A DNA stretch of 41,114 bases from a virus (IMGVR_UViG_3300036987_000048:1-41114); one strand, 5' to 3'. Positions 26,216 to 36,703 are shown, counted from the stretch's first letter. Translations and numbers: made by a program. The notes: generated by a model from the letters alone, not told the origin.

Positions 26216-26688
26216 TCATACCCATAGACTTTTTTATCTATGGTTTTCATTATGGTTGTCTCTCCGTGAACTTTTATCTTAACTCCCCTGCCCTTCGCTA
26301 CACCGCACCAAAAATTACACCCATTGATTAACTTGGAATATTCGTCACACATGGTTATACCGTAAAGGTTTATCTCTGTGTGTCCTCTGTAAAGAGCAAG
26401 AGCGATTGCATAATCAACCGTAGATGAAAAATAATCCGTGTCGAACAATTCCATAACTTCCCGAATGGGGTAGTTTTCCAAATCAATACAAGGAACATTA
26501 TTTTCTGCGGCTTTTTTTCTGGTTTTATCGGCCTCCTGTTTCTCTCCCAATCCCCAACGACCATCTCCATAAACATTCATGTCAATCACAAGGTCAACTG
26601 GTCGCCTTAAATAAAGCTGTGTCAGCCCCCAGTTCTCTCCGTCTAAAGGGGCTTGTGTCCATGTATGTCCCTTGCCGATTATGTTCAT
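26200..26688 (-). CDS. Putative sugar-transferase (GT29/Maf-like fold)
   Basis: IIGKG start and FSSTVDYAIALALYRGHTEINLYG, resembling the sialyltransferase/Maf-type S..A..G...I.L.G motif. Confidence 0.5.
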   Translation of the reverse strand: MNIIGKGHTWTQAPLDGENWGLTQLYLRRPVDLVIDMNVYGDGRWGLGEKQEADKTRKKAAENNVPCIDLENYPIREVMELFDTDYFSSTVDYAIALALYRGHTEINLYGITMCDEYSKLINGCNFWCGVAKGRGVKIKVHGETTIMKTIDKKVYGYDWEQK

Positions 26689-26729
26689 TTCAAAGTGGGG
26701 GATTATAGCCTCCCCCGTGGCTTTTAAGA

Positions 26730-27665
26730 TTAGGTTACAACATCAACTGCCGGAGCTAAAGCACCAGAAGCAGTACCGGCCGTGTTCGTTACATAGTTCT
26801 GCGAGAACTGCATAGCGTCACCGGTAATAGCGCCAGCCAAAAGAACAGCCGAGCCGCCCATACACTTATTGTCTGCCACAATGCCCGTTGAGCCTGTGAC
26901 ACACTCAATGATTTTGGTGATTGTCCCGCCAAGCCAGTTAATTTTATTCCCGACAATTTCAGCATCAACCACAGCCGTTGAACCACTAATACAAATCGAA
27001 GAAGTGGACGCATTGGCGGTAATCATAATGGTGTTGTTTAAAATTCTGGAATGGTCTGTACCGACAAGCTGAATCCAAACCTGAGCCGCACCAGCCGCAG
27101 AAGCCTGACGATGAAAACAGTTTTTAACAGTCAACTGGTCAGCCGCATTGGTGGTCAAAAGGAACTGCCTCGCCTGTCCGGTGGTGGGGTAGAAATCAAC
27201 TGCATCAATCGTGCATCCCGCCGCCGTCACATGGAATAATGTCACGACTTCATCAATGGTATTCGTGACCTGAATGTTTTTAACTGTTACATTCGCCGCA
27301 CTGATGGCAAAGGTCGAAGTGGTTGCAGAAAATGAAATAACCGGACGTAGATTCCCGTTTCCTAAACCGATAATCGAAATACCCGCTACATCGGCAGTGA
27401 TTCCACCAGCCACAGCGATTGTCTCTGTATGACCGGGGCAAACATAAATCACGTCACCACGATTTGCGGTACAAGCACCAATCGCAGCATCAATGGTCAG
27501 AAAGAGTTTGCTTTCGGGAACTCTTTTCTGCAACCATGTTCTCGCCTGTAAACCGGACTTGGCGACATAGAAAACCTCTCCCGTGATAGGAGCAACACCC
27601 TGTAATCCCTGAATTTTTGTGGAAGATATGCAAGCATCATCCGCAATGTTTCTGTCTTTAATCAT
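26730..27665 (-). CDS. Beta-helix (pectin-lyase-like) virion protein, likely capsid decoration
   Basis: TIDAAIGACTANRGDVIYVCPGHTE and repetitive beta-helix pattern; immediately downstream of capsid/HNH. Confidence 0.7.
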   Translation of the reverse strand: MIKDRNIADDACISSTKIQGLQGVAPITGEVFYVAKSGLQARTWLQKRVPESKLFLTIDAAIGACTANRGDVIYVCPGHTETIAVAGGITADVAGISIIGLGNGNLRPVISFSATTSTFAISAANVTVKNIQVTNTIDEVVTLFHVTAAGCTIDAVDFYPTTGQARQFLLTTNAADQLTVKNCFHRQASAAGAAQVWIQLVGTDHSRILNNTIMITANASTSSICISGSTAVVDAEIVGNKINWLGGTITKIIECVTGSTGIVADNKCMGGSAVLLAGAITGDAMQFSQNYVTNTAGTASGALAPAVDVVT

Positions 27666-27709
27666 TTTAATCTCCTAATAGTTGTCCCTAGCAAAATTGC
27701 TAGATACTT

Positions 27710-28351
27710 TTAAATGTTATACGACTCTAAGTAATTAGCCGCCTTATGGAGAAGTTCTGGTGAGTCTTGAAGATGTCCTATTCCTATATTACATGGAGAA
27801 CACAACAATCCTCGTAATTCACCAGTAGTGTGGTTATGGTCAACAGCGAAATGTTTGTATCTTCCTCTTGGTTTATCTGAGCCACAAATTGCACATTTTC
27901 CATTTTGTTTGTTCAGCATTTCTTGGTACTCTACAAGAGTGATATTGTATTTATTTCTTAAGTGCCAACCGTGGGCAATTTTTCTGTTGTTGATATGGTA
28001 AAGTTTTTTCTTTTCTTTTTCTCTATCAGCAATTTTTACCCAATGTTCCTTAGAATGTTTACGCTGGCATTCCTTACATTCATTTCTCAATTTGTCCTTG
28101 GTGCGTGTTTTTCCATAATGAATATTAAATTCATTTATTGGTTTTTTAACTAAGCATTTTCGACAAATCTTGAATCCTTCGTCTGTTGACCAATCTTTCT
28201 TAGGTTTTTGTTTTTTGCGATAATTAGCAATGGTTACCTCATTCATACATTTCTTACATCGGTAACATTTCTTGTTCCTTGCGTACTTATTCGCATAAAA
28301 CAAATCTAATGACTTTTCTTCTCCGCACTTAACGCATTTTTGAGTTTCCAT
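27710..28351 (-). mobile_element. Free-standing endonuclease VII-family homing endonuclease gene
   Basis: Two N-terminal Cys-rich modules, then CAICG..VDHNHTTGELRGLLCSPCN..G..QDS..A.NYL; AT-rich insert after the capsid gene. Confidence 0.88.
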
Positions 28352-28352
28352 T

Positions 28353-28404
28353 TGATTACCTCCATATCTATAATGAAGGTAATCATTGGAAGTTTGTTTG
28401 TCAA
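28353..28404 (-). promoter_or_regulatory. SD-sequestering hairpin and internal promoter of the endonuclease gene
   Basis: GATTACCTTCAT/ATGGAGGTAATC stem covers the GGAGGT SD; TTGACA-17 nt-TACCTT with the -10 inside the 5' arm. Confidence 0.6.
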
Positions 28405-28449
28405 GCAGTTATTATGCTCACTTTCATAATAATTGATTTTATTCAATTA

Positions 28450-29778
28450 TCAAGCGTACAGCGAAGGTTCCACGAGGTCTTTCACGAGAGCCAAGCAATT
28501 CCGCTGTTCGCAACCCAACTGGGTGTAGATTCGTAAAAACGCATCCCACTCATCGTAGCCGCTTCTCTGGTGCAACTGAGAATTATCCAGATTACCCCAC
28601 CCCAGAGGACTCATTTCGTATTTGTAAATGACATCATCGGGGAAACAGTAAATCAGGTTCGGCTGGCACAAAGGATCAACGATAATCTCCACAGACCCAT
28701 CACCACCGGAGAACGTAAGCACTTCATAACCGCCCTGTAACTTGGTCGGCTGGAAGCGTACATCCGGCAGAAGCAGATTGGCGTATTTGCGTTTCTGCCC
28801 CAGACCCATAATCATTTTCTTAACAGAAGCACCCGAAGCCGTCCTGACGACGTCCACGGCCTGTAACATCAGGTCAATGGAAAGCTCTCTGTTCACGCTT
28901 GAATTGGACAGGATGTTTGCCGACCATTTCGGCTGTGAAGCAACGGTAACACCTTCATAAACCGAAAGCAGGGTTCCGTTATCAAACATACCGTAAAGTC
29001 CGGTCATTTCAGCGGCGGTATCAGTCGTAGCGTGAGCCAAATCTCTTGCACCGGCCTTGACCGCAATCGCTCCCTCAGCCAACGTACAGGTAACTCCGTT
29101 GGTCAAAGAAGAAAGAGTCGGGTGGTTGGCGGCAAACGTAGTCGCGTTGGTTTCAAAGGTAACAATCTTTGTTGAAGGAACAATAGATTTTACTCTCTGT
29201 CCGAAAGCCGCGGAATCCGTAGCACCCAGAACCGTAGCACCGGCAGTGGCGTAGAAATCTACGACCTGACCTTCCATGAGGTACTTCACGCCGATGTCGT
29301 TATCAAACGTACAGGCGTAAGTCGCATTGGAAGTCGCACTTGAAGCAGCCGAGATTCTGCCGAGCATACCGAATCCATCCCAATGGGACTGGCGGTTCAA
29401 ATCAACCACGATGCTCTGGTAAATATCTTCGATTTCATCCGCAAGACCATCAACAAAAGCGGCTTCACTTCCCTTTGCGGCCTCAATAGCGGGGCCGGAA
29501 ATTCTCATTGAACCATAGATATACGCCGGAGTAATCGTTCCGTTGATTTTAATGCCGGTCATCGGATCGGGCAGTTTACCGCTTTCAGCACGACCACCGG
29601 TGGACTGGTTACGGGCGATTCTCACGCCGAATACATAGCCCTTGCCTTTGGGTGAACGGTCTGATTTCGGAAACAGGTTGTAGGTTATTTTTTCATCAGC
29701 GAACTGGTTTTTCAGCCCTTCGCCGTAAACATTTTTTAACGCATTGGCTAAATTGGTAATTGTTGCATAATCAGGCAT
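28450..29778 (-). CDS. Major capsid protein
   Basis: 442 aa, follows the scaffold; ALKNVY..RAESGKLP..DLNRQ..DG pattern typical of HK97-fold coats. Confidence 0.85.
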   Translation of the reverse strand: MPDYATITNLANALKNVYGEGLKNQFADEKITYNLFPKSDRSPKGKGYVFGVRIARNQSTGGRAESGKLPDPMTGIKINGTITPAYIYGSMRISGPAIEAAKGSEAAFVDGLADEIEDIYQSIVVDLNRQSHWDGFGMLGRISAASSATSNATYACTFDNDIGVKYLMEGQVVDFYATAGATVLGATDSAAFGQRVKSIVPSTKIVTFETNATTFAANHPTLSSLTNGVTCTLAEGAIAVKAGARDLAHATTDTAAEMTGLYGMFDNGTLLSVYEGVTVASQPKWSANILSNSSVNRELSIDLMLQAVDVVRTASGASVKKMIMGLGQKRKYANLLLPDVRFQPTKLQGGYEVLTFSGGDGSVEIIVDPLCQPNLIYCFPDDVIYKYEMSPLGWGNLDNSQLHQRSGYDEWDAFLRIYTQLGCEQRNCLALVKDLVEPSLYA

Positions 29779-29781
29779 TGT

Positions 29782-30615
29782 TTATCCTCCCTTATTAAAA
29801 ACCGATTCGTGTAATGCCTTTCTAAGGTTTTTAAGTCCTCTAATCGGTTCTTTTTCAGAGGTCGCTACCGTTCCAGATGTTGAGGGGACGTTGGGAATAC
29901 TTTTTTTGCCTTCAAGATATTCTTTAACGCCTAAATCCTTGTACGTTTTGACCAAATCGTTGAATTTTTTCACACCGTCAGTTGTTAATTTCCTGACAGC
30001 CTTCTTGTCTTTTAAATCAATTTCGTTGCATTCGTTTCCGACACCCAAAGACCACGCTAAAAACTGTTTCGCATCGGGGGTTAAATCTTCCATCACATCG
30101 AGTTGAGAAGACACTTCCTTCTCGTAAGAACTGATTGACTGTTTGGCTTCCTTGGCTTCTCTCTCCTGTTGCTCTTTGAGAGATTCTTTTTGTTCACGCT
30201 CCTCTAGTGCCTTGGTCAATCTTTGAACTGTCTGCTCCGGTGTTTCTGCACCCCTTCTTTGAAGTTCCGCCTGTTGCTGCCAGTATTTTTCGTACTGGGT
30301 CAGTTTTTCGGCTTTCGCTAAAATGTCATCTAGGTTCTCAAGGTCAACTTTTTTCCCCCTGATTTTAGAACCCGACTCCACTAGGTCTTTAAGTTCTTCA
30401 ACGTCTTCCAACCCATTGGCCTCCAGTAAACCCTTGACGGACTTGCCAAGTTTCAAGGAATCTAAATCATCCTTGAAGCGTTTATCTTTGTGCCACGGTT
30501 GCTCGGTGGACGAGTCCTCTTTTACGTCCTTTGCTGTTGACGATTCAGCCTCTACGTCAGTTTCGGTATTTGATGGTAACGACCCATCTTTAATCTCGTT
30601 ATCTTTGTCAGCCAT
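29782..30615 (-). CDS. Capsid scaffolding protein
   Basis: Acidic N-terminus, PWHKDKRF motif, coiled coil; directly upstream of capsid. Confidence 0.75.
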   Translation of the reverse strand: MADKDNEIKDGSLPSNTETDVEAESSTAKDVKEDSSTEQPWHKDKRFKDDLDSLKLGKSVKGLLEANGLEDVEELKDLVESGSKIRGKKVDLENLDDILAKAEKLTQYEKYWQQQAELQRRGAETPEQTVQRLTKALEEREQKESLKEQQEREAKEAKQSISSYEKEVSSQLDVMEDLTPDAKQFLAWSLGVGNECNEIDLKDKKAVRKLTTDGVKKFNDLVKTYKDLGVKEYLEGKKSIPNVPSTSGTVATSEKEPIRGLKNLRKALHESVFNKGG

Positions 30616-30664
30616 TTTGCTCTCCTTTTTGACCGTGAAATCAATCGTGTTGACTACACAGCAA

Positions 30665-31384
30665 TTAATTATTTCTAACGAATATTACGTTATAAACGTA
30701 CCGACCTTCTCTTTTGGGGTACTCTCCTGTTTCAAGGTCAAATACGTTATACTTAAGCCCATCCATGAAAGAGAATATTTCTTCCTTGGATGTTCCCATT
30801 TCCTGCAACGCAAAATCATTCACTTCAATAATCACTAAGGGTTGGTGTTTTTTAAGTAACTTCTCAGCACCCTTCAGTGCTTGAAACTCACACCCCTCAA
30901 TGTCCATTTTGATTAGCTTCACGGGTTCGTCTATTAAAGAATCAATCGTGACCATCTTAACGGGTTCTTTAATTAACTCGTTGGCTCTGGTTAAATTGTT
31001 TAATTCGTGTTTAGAGGGATTCCACAAAGAGTGTCCCCCGTCATTATCCCTGTTGTAAATGATTTCTGCTTTTATGTTTTTATCTCCCACCGCCTTATGG
31101 AAAGGATGGATATTTTTTAATTCATTGAGTTTAATATTGGCTATTAAGTCATTGTAATTTTCTTTCTCTGCCTCAAAAGCGAATACTTTTCCCGTTTCTC
31201 CGACTAACTCAGAAGCCAAGATAGTAAAGTAACCAACGTGCGCCCCGCAGTCTATAAAGGCGTCGCCTTCCTTAAGAAGGGACTTGAGAACCATACAAAC
31301 TTCCGGCTCATACTCTTTGCTGTGCTTATCTAAATAGAGCATATATCCAGAGGTCGATTTATATTCATCGAGGGCTAGTTGCAT
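30665..31384 (-). CDS. FkbM-family SAM methyltransferase
   Basis: FIDCGAHVGYFT..VFAFEA..LIKMDIEGCE..LKGA..IIE. Confidence 0.92.
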   Translation of the reverse strand: MQLALDEYKSTSGYMLYLDKHSKEYEPEVCMVLKSLLKEGDAFIDCGAHVGYFTILASELVGETGKVFAFEAEKENYNDLIANIKLNELKNIHPFHKAVGDKNIKAEIIYNRDNDGGHSLWNPSKHELNNLTRANELIKEPVKMVTIDSLIDEPVKLIKMDIEGCEFQALKGAEKLLKKHQPLVIIEVNDFALQEMGTSKEEIFSFMDGLKYNVFDLETGEYPKREGRYVYNVIFVRNN

Positions 31385-33596
31385 TCTTCTCTCTCTTTTG
31401 ATTATTGTTTTCCAAAACACCTTCAAGCATGGTCTTGTCTTTTTCCTGTTGCGCCTTAAATACTTCGTCAGCAGTCACCACGCCTACTACTCGCGGGTTT
31501 TGGTCTGGTTCTATTCCGAGATATTTCTGCATGACCTGCATACGTTCACTTGCTGAAAGCACAGGAATCAGCTTATCGAGTTGTAAAAACTCCCTTGGGT
31601 CTCTTGAGGGGTCAACCTTGTTGGCTTCCTCCGCTACGACCTGATGATGATGAGCGTCTGCGTGATGAATTAAAACAACTTGCGCCTCTTGCGGAAGTTC
31701 GGCAAACTCATCCGAAAGCATAAACTGTCTGTGAGTCTCGTAGTGAATCTGGTGAACGTCATACTTAAAGTACGGGTCTTCACCCACTACCTCAGACTCT
31801 GCGTCAATCGCTCCCGATTCGGGGTTGGGTTCGGCAAGGAAAATTCCCTCAAAGTCTTTCACTGCTATTTTGGCGTTTTCCATGTCGGCGCGTTTGGAGT
31901 CCACGTTTTCCTGTTTCGTAAATCCAGAAAGTCCGGCGCGTTTTAAGAGTTCGTCTTTTAGTTCTGGATTGTTGGCTACGTCTCCCAGAAGTCCCCTCTG
32001 GGCGAAGTCCATTAAAACACTCATCTTACCTGAATTGGTGGTAGCTAAACCTGAAGAAACTTCCATTCTAAGGTCTGTGTTGTTTCTTAAATCAGAAGCC
32101 TTGAATTTGACTATTTTCCACTTATTGCCCCGACCGCATATCTTTAACATTCGTTCTTCGGTCATTATTTCCTGCGCAATAATCAGTTTCTTCTTTTGAA
32201 CCTTAGTAAGCGAGCGTATGAATCTATTAACATCGGGGGCTTTGCTTCTTTCGGCTGTTTCCCTGAGAACATCCACCATAATCCCGGAGGCCTTTGAACC
32301 AGGGGATTGACCTCTTAGAATGTTTTTCGGGTCGCCTTCAATGTCCTGAACCGCGCTTCTCTGAATGGCTCGTTCTTCTAAAACAGACTGGGGCAAAGCA
32401 GTGCCCTGTTCGATAGAGGGCTTCGCTCCGCCGCTAAGTAGAGCGTCATACTCCAAAACCTGCATCCCGACACCAAGACCTCCAACATCGTCAACCTTTT
32501 TCACTTTCAGTCCGGTGGGGGTAAAGAGTCTTACTCTCCCCGCGCCTTTTCGATTGATAATGAGTGCCTGATCTATTTCGTTGATGGTGTTCTGGGGTGA
32601 GATTAAGTTATTTACTGAAGCATCCGACCAGAAGTTTCCGGGGATGTAGTCATAATGAAAATCTGTCAAAGAGTAGTACCATTTTCCGTCTTGTACTTTA
32701 ATCGGCATCCGGTCGTACTGTTTGATAATCTTATCCGAACAGGCCAAGATGTACCGGCCTTCGGGGTATTTAAGGGTGGGTTTCATTTCCACTTCTCTGA
32801 AAAGAATTAAGGAATCATCATCAACGCTATAAGTAGCGGAGTCAATCCCTGCTCCCTTCCACGGAGAAACCTGACCCACCATTTTCATTAATCGTCTGTA
32901 ATAGTCCGTGGCTTTGTTGTCTGACGGAGTAGAAAGTTTGAGCTTGAAAGTATCTTCCACCCATTCTCTCGGTTTTAAAGACTGAATCCCGACCCATCGT
33001 TTTTTATTGAGCCTGTCACCTAAAGAATCACAGTAAACCTGAAAAGGAATGATGTTCTCTACACCCACATCTCCGGTGTTGATCGGGTTTCCGTCTTTGT
33101 CGAATATCCACTTTTCGGACTGCATTTCGGGGAAGGTTCTTAAAAAGTTCACCCCGAACAAAGGAAGTCCGGTGGCTACTTTTTCTTTCTCGTCAAGAAA
33201 CTCTCCATCATTGGCGTTGTCCATCCAGTCTAAAAGATTCACCCCTAATTCAGCCGCCTTGATGTCTTCTCGTTCCATTGTGTTGGGGGCTATGGAAGAC
33301 TTTAGGTCAACGCCTAGGAGCATGGCCTTGACAGTTCTAACGTGCTCTCGAATAATATTTGTAACAGGGGTTGGGATGTAATCAGGAATAATCTTTCGTC
33401 TGAATGTCTGTTGGGTTTTTAGAAACTCAATCCATTGCTCTCCCATATAGTAGAGAACGTTCCGATACCAGATTCTCTCAAGCATAGCCCTTGAGTAATC
33501 GGTTTGAGCGTTCTCAAAAATCTCATTGACGGCATGAACTAACTCTTTGTCGTCTTTTTTGTCGTTTATTCTTTTGAAAATATCAGAAATGCTCAT
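31365..33596 (-). CDS. Portal protein
   Basis: 743 aa between terminase and scaffold; LISPQNTINE..SGI motifs of podovirus-type portals. Confidence 0.85.
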   Translation of the reverse strand: MSISDIFKRINDKKDDKELVHAVNEIFENAQTDYSRAMLERIWYRNVLYYMGEQWIEFLKTQQTFRRKIIPDYIPTPVTNIIREHVRTVKAMLLGVDLKSSIAPNTMEREDIKAAELGVNLLDWMDNANDGEFLDEKEKVATGLPLFGVNFLRTFPEMQSEKWIFDKDGNPINTGDVGVENIIPFQVYCDSLGDRLNKKRWVGIQSLKPREWVEDTFKLKLSTPSDNKATDYYRRLMKMVGQVSPWKGAGIDSATYSVDDDSLILFREVEMKPTLKYPEGRYILACSDKIIKQYDRMPIKVQDGKWYYSLTDFHYDYIPGNFWSDASVNNLISPQNTINEIDQALIINRKGAGRVRLFTPTGLKVKKVDDVGGLGVGMQVLEYDALLSGGAKPSIEQGTALPQSVLEERAIQRSAVQDIEGDPKNILRGQSPGSKASGIMVDVLRETAERSKAPDVNRFIRSLTKVQKKKLIIAQEIMTEERMLKICGRGNKWKIVKFKASDLRNNTDLRMEVSSGLATTNSGKMSVLMDFAQRGLLGDVANNPELKDELLKRAGLSGFTKQENVDSKRADMENAKIAVKDFEGIFLAEPNPESGAIDAESEVVGEDPYFKYDVHQIHYETHRQFMLSDEFAELPQEAQVVLIHHADAHHHQVVAEEANKVDPSRDPREFLQLDKLIPVLSASERMQVMQKYLGIEPDQNPRVVGVVTADEVFKAQQEKDKTMLEGVLENNNQKREKNATSPR

Positions 33597-33604
33597 TTTA
33601 ATCC

Positions 33605-33823
33605 CTATTCAACCGAAAGACCCTCAGGTTCATAGTTTCTGGAAGGTTTTTCTGCCTCCACTACTTTAATGTGTTCGACTTGAGAGTACTCACGGTAGTC
33701 TTTCGCCATTAACCTGTTTAAAAGGTCTGATTTTTCCTTTCTCTCAGCGTTCAAAAGAAGCCCGAAAGCAAATCCTTCAGCAATCACAATAAAAAGTGCT
33801 ATTCCAAGTAAAATTTCCATCAA
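33605..33823 (-). CDS. Small membrane protein
   Basis: N-terminal TM, LLNRLMAKDY; coupled to terL. Confidence 0.7.
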   Translation of the reverse strand: MMEILLGIALFIVIAEGFAFGLLLNAERKEKSDLLNRLMAKDYREYSQVEHIKVVEAEKPSRNYEPEGLSVE

Positions 33824-35352
33824 TAAAGCCTCTCATAGTCAAAGTCTTCAAACGAATTTCTCATAATTTCGAGTTCCCTGTGGGCAACCTCTGAAATATC
33901 CTTCGGCGGTCGCTTTACTTCTTCAAGAGTTTCTTTCCAGACATTCATTCCGTGCATTTTCATCGGTCTAGCCATACACAAAAGAGCCGCTTCATCATAA
34001 CAATGATCCTCTCCGTCAGAATCTATATCTTCTGGGTTGTTGGGATTCGTGATGAGGGTGGGAATAGTTCTGATGAAGTGAATACATGAATCATAAACCT
34101 GCATCATAGGTATCGAATACCCAGTTTCGGTTTTCTCAACTAAAAGCCTCTGATGAAACTGTCTTAATTTGAGAGTCCTTGAAGGGTCGCCAGGTCGAAG
34201 TATAATGCCCATTCGTCTAAATTCTTCAGCAGTAGAACTTCCTTGCCCACCACCCTTATAATCGGGTTTTTTATTAAAACAGGTGGGATCACACAGCCGA
34301 ATAATCTGCGGGTTTACAACGCCCTCTCTTTCGACATCGAACCCCATTGATTTTTCTCTTTTAATAATTCCCTGGGCGATTTCAGAATCAGCCAGTCTAA
34401 GGCCCTGATTGGGAGTTCCATTCCATCCGTACCACTCCGCAAATCTGTAAAATCTTCCGTCTGAATCCAGCCACCACCAACCTATTGAAAACGGCGCACC
34501 GAATCCCCAGTCAAACGTCATAAACTTGGGGGCTGATTCGGGAACGGGAGCCGGTTTGATAACGTGATGAAGTCTGCTCCATTCCTGAAAGGTCTGTCCT
34601 ACGAATGTGTCCCACGACCCGTCTTTAAACGCCGCCCTTAAATGAACCGGAAGCGTATTGAGCATCTGCCAATAGGTCTCATCCAAATAAGGATTGTCCT
34701 CAGCTTTAGATTGGATAAACGCGAACTTATTTGAGTAATCAACGGGAGAACGGTATTCTTCGGGATAAATCTTGTCTATCCAGAACGCCTTGCAATAAGC
34801 ATGGCCTATCCCTCCGGGATTAGTCCCTCCCATAAAGAACGTCTCATCATCCTTCAAACCAGACCACCTGAGTCTCATTCTCAAATCATTGAAGGTGTCG
34901 TAAGGGTTCTTGGTCAACTCATCCACCAAAATAGCGGCAAACTCAGCACTCTGATACTTGGAAGCGTCATCTAAATTCCTGAAACAAATAACCCCACTTC
35001 CATACTCAGGGCTTAAAATAAAACACCTTCCATAGTCCTTGTGGTCGGAATATGACTTCCCCATCCAAGACGGAAACTCTCTTGCGATCTTGGTCAACTG
35101 ACGGTCTTTTAGAGAAGGATAATCTTCACAAGCCAGCATGACCTGAACATAGGTGAGTTTCTTAGCAAAAAACGCCCACATCAAATACCTGACAGCCCAC
35201 CACCTCAATAAGTAAGACTTCCCGCCCCCCAAACACCCACCATACAAAATATACTTCCCTGACTGGGTGTCCGTCACCTTACAGACTTCCATCTGTCTCT
35301 CGGTGAACTTAGCTACGTCCTTATCGAAGTCTAAAGCCTTACGGTTTGCCAC
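33820..35352 (-). CDS. terL: Terminase large subunit
   Basis: Walker A YGGCLGGGKS, Walker B ILVDELT, TNPGG, nuclease FDWG and EDHCYDE. Confidence 0.95.
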   Translation of the reverse strand: MANRKALDFDKDVAKFTERQMEVCKVTDTQSGKYILYGGCLGGGKSYLLRWWAVRYLMWAFFAKKLTYVQVMLACEDYPSLKDRQLTKIAREFPSWMGKSYSDHKDYGRCFILSPEYGSGVICFRNLDDASKYQSAEFAAILVDELTKNPYDTFNDLRMRLRWSGLKDDETFFMGGTNPGGIGHAYCKAFWIDKIYPEEYRSPVDYSNKFAFIQSKAEDNPYLDETYWQMLNTLPVHLRAAFKDGSWDTFVGQTFQEWSRLHHVIKPAPVPESAPKFMTFDWGFGAPFSIGWWWLDSDGRFYRFAEWYGWNGTPNQGLRLADSEIAQGIIKREKSMGFDVEREGVVNPQIIRLCDPTCFNKKPDYKGGGQGSSTAEEFRRMGIILRPGDPSRTLKLRQFHQRLLVEKTETGYSIPMMQVYDSCIHFIRTIPTLITNPNNPEDIDSDGEDHCYDEAALLCMARPMKMHGMNVWKETLEEVKRPPKDISEVAHRELEIMRNSFEDFDYERLY

Positions 35353-35780
35353 GTTTCTTCACCTTTTTAGGAAGGTAACAATTAACTAAACAACTTCCGT
35401 TAGAACTCTTAATCTCAACACGCTTAAATATACGGTCGTAATTCGCTCTATATTGACCCGTGGCGGGTTTAGATACTATCATAAAGACCCTTTTGTTTTA
35501 CAAAGTCTGGGGAGAGGAATGGCTACGGTTGACCCCCACCGGGTGGGGGGCATGGGTGGGGTCTTTCCCTATTACATATAAATTTCCCATAACTTTCTCC
35601 CCGCCAAGCTTTCTCCCTGATTTTATTTCATGCCAGCCTTTTAAATCTCTGGTCATTGCCCTCAAATTTTGCTATGATCTGCTTATTATCCTCACCTTGT
35701 TCCCTTGCTCCACTTTACCCCCTAAAACGGCCCTTATCCTCCACCGGATGACTACTTAGTCCGATAATAAAACATTATGT

Positions 35781-36371
35781 CTACTTACTTTCCGTACTTT
35801 CCCTAATAATATCAAGTGGTTTGTTTTTCAGGCTCTCAATTTCAGGACATTGGGCATTATTGGATACTGGAATCACGTCTATTATCTGCCCTTGACCGCT
35901 TATCCCCTCCACCGGCATTTTGTCACTTCTGACGCTGATCTGGTTGATAACAACCATCGGCTGAACTTCTCTATTGTTACCGCGCATATCCTGCTCTTTA
36001 TCGTGCAGTATGCCCGTTGCTATAATTCTCTGGTGCAGGCTCGCTTTTTCTATGTCCGCTTGGCTGATGGTTGATAATATCCTCGCTTGTAATCCCGTAA
36101 GAATATCAGTTTTATGATCCTTATAATCTTGTATTGATTGTTTAGTGAGGCCGAATCTTTGGAGCACTTCTATTGTATAGCTTATATCCGTTCCGCATTG
36201 CTTTGCGATCTCCGTTCCGGTAGCATTAGGATTTTGGGATTTAGCTGCTAGGATAGCCTCTTGCTTAGGTGTGATTTTTCTTGTGCGTGGTTTTTTTTTT
36301 ATCTTGGAAGTCTTGAGACTGTTCTTATCGGAGGACTGGCTTATCTTGTCGTTGTTTGTGATCTCTGGCAT
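35781..36371 (-). CDS. terS: Probable terminase small subunit (HTH)
   Basis: ITPKQ..NPNATGTEIAKQCG HTH; upstream of terL; AGGTG SD before ATG 36371. Confidence 0.6.
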   Translation of the reverse strand: MPEITNNDKISQSSDKNSLKTSKIKKKPRTRKITPKQEAILAAKSQNPNATGTEIAKQCGTDISYTIEVLQRFGLTKQSIQDYKDHKTDILTGLQARILSTISQADIEKASLHQRIIATGILHDKEQDMRGNNREVQPMVVINQISVRSDKMPVEGISGQGQIIDVIPVSNNAQCPEIESLKNKPLDIIRESTESK

Positions 36372-36487
36372 CTTATCACCTTGAGTTAAGTATAGCCTTT
36401 TGGCCTCTTGTGGTTCCCGGCAGGTTACGCACATCTGGGCTTTTTACGTCGTCACAACCAGTCTGGAGGCGTGCCGGGGTATTTATT

Positions 36488-36703
36488 TTATATGCTGCCG
36501 GACATTGACTTACTGGCTCCAGTTATCCCCGCGCAAGTCGATGACCACCGATAAGGCGTATAAGTATGCGGATGGGTGTAGTATGGAATATAAGGATAAT
36601 GCCAAGGGCAAGCAGGTACATTCTCAAGCTGGGCAAGTTTTTCTTTCAGCTCGATTAGTTCTTTTAAGAGCTCAATTTCACGCTCTAAGGCTTTTATATC
36701 CAT
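36488..36703 (-). CDS. Hypothetical protein (coiled coil + Pro/Tyr-rich tail)
   Basis: AAGGA SD; first gene of the late arm. Confidence 0.6.
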   Translation of the reverse strand: MDIKALEREIELLKELIELKEKLAQLENVPACPWHYPYIPYYTHPHTYTPYRWSSTCAGITGASKSMSGSI

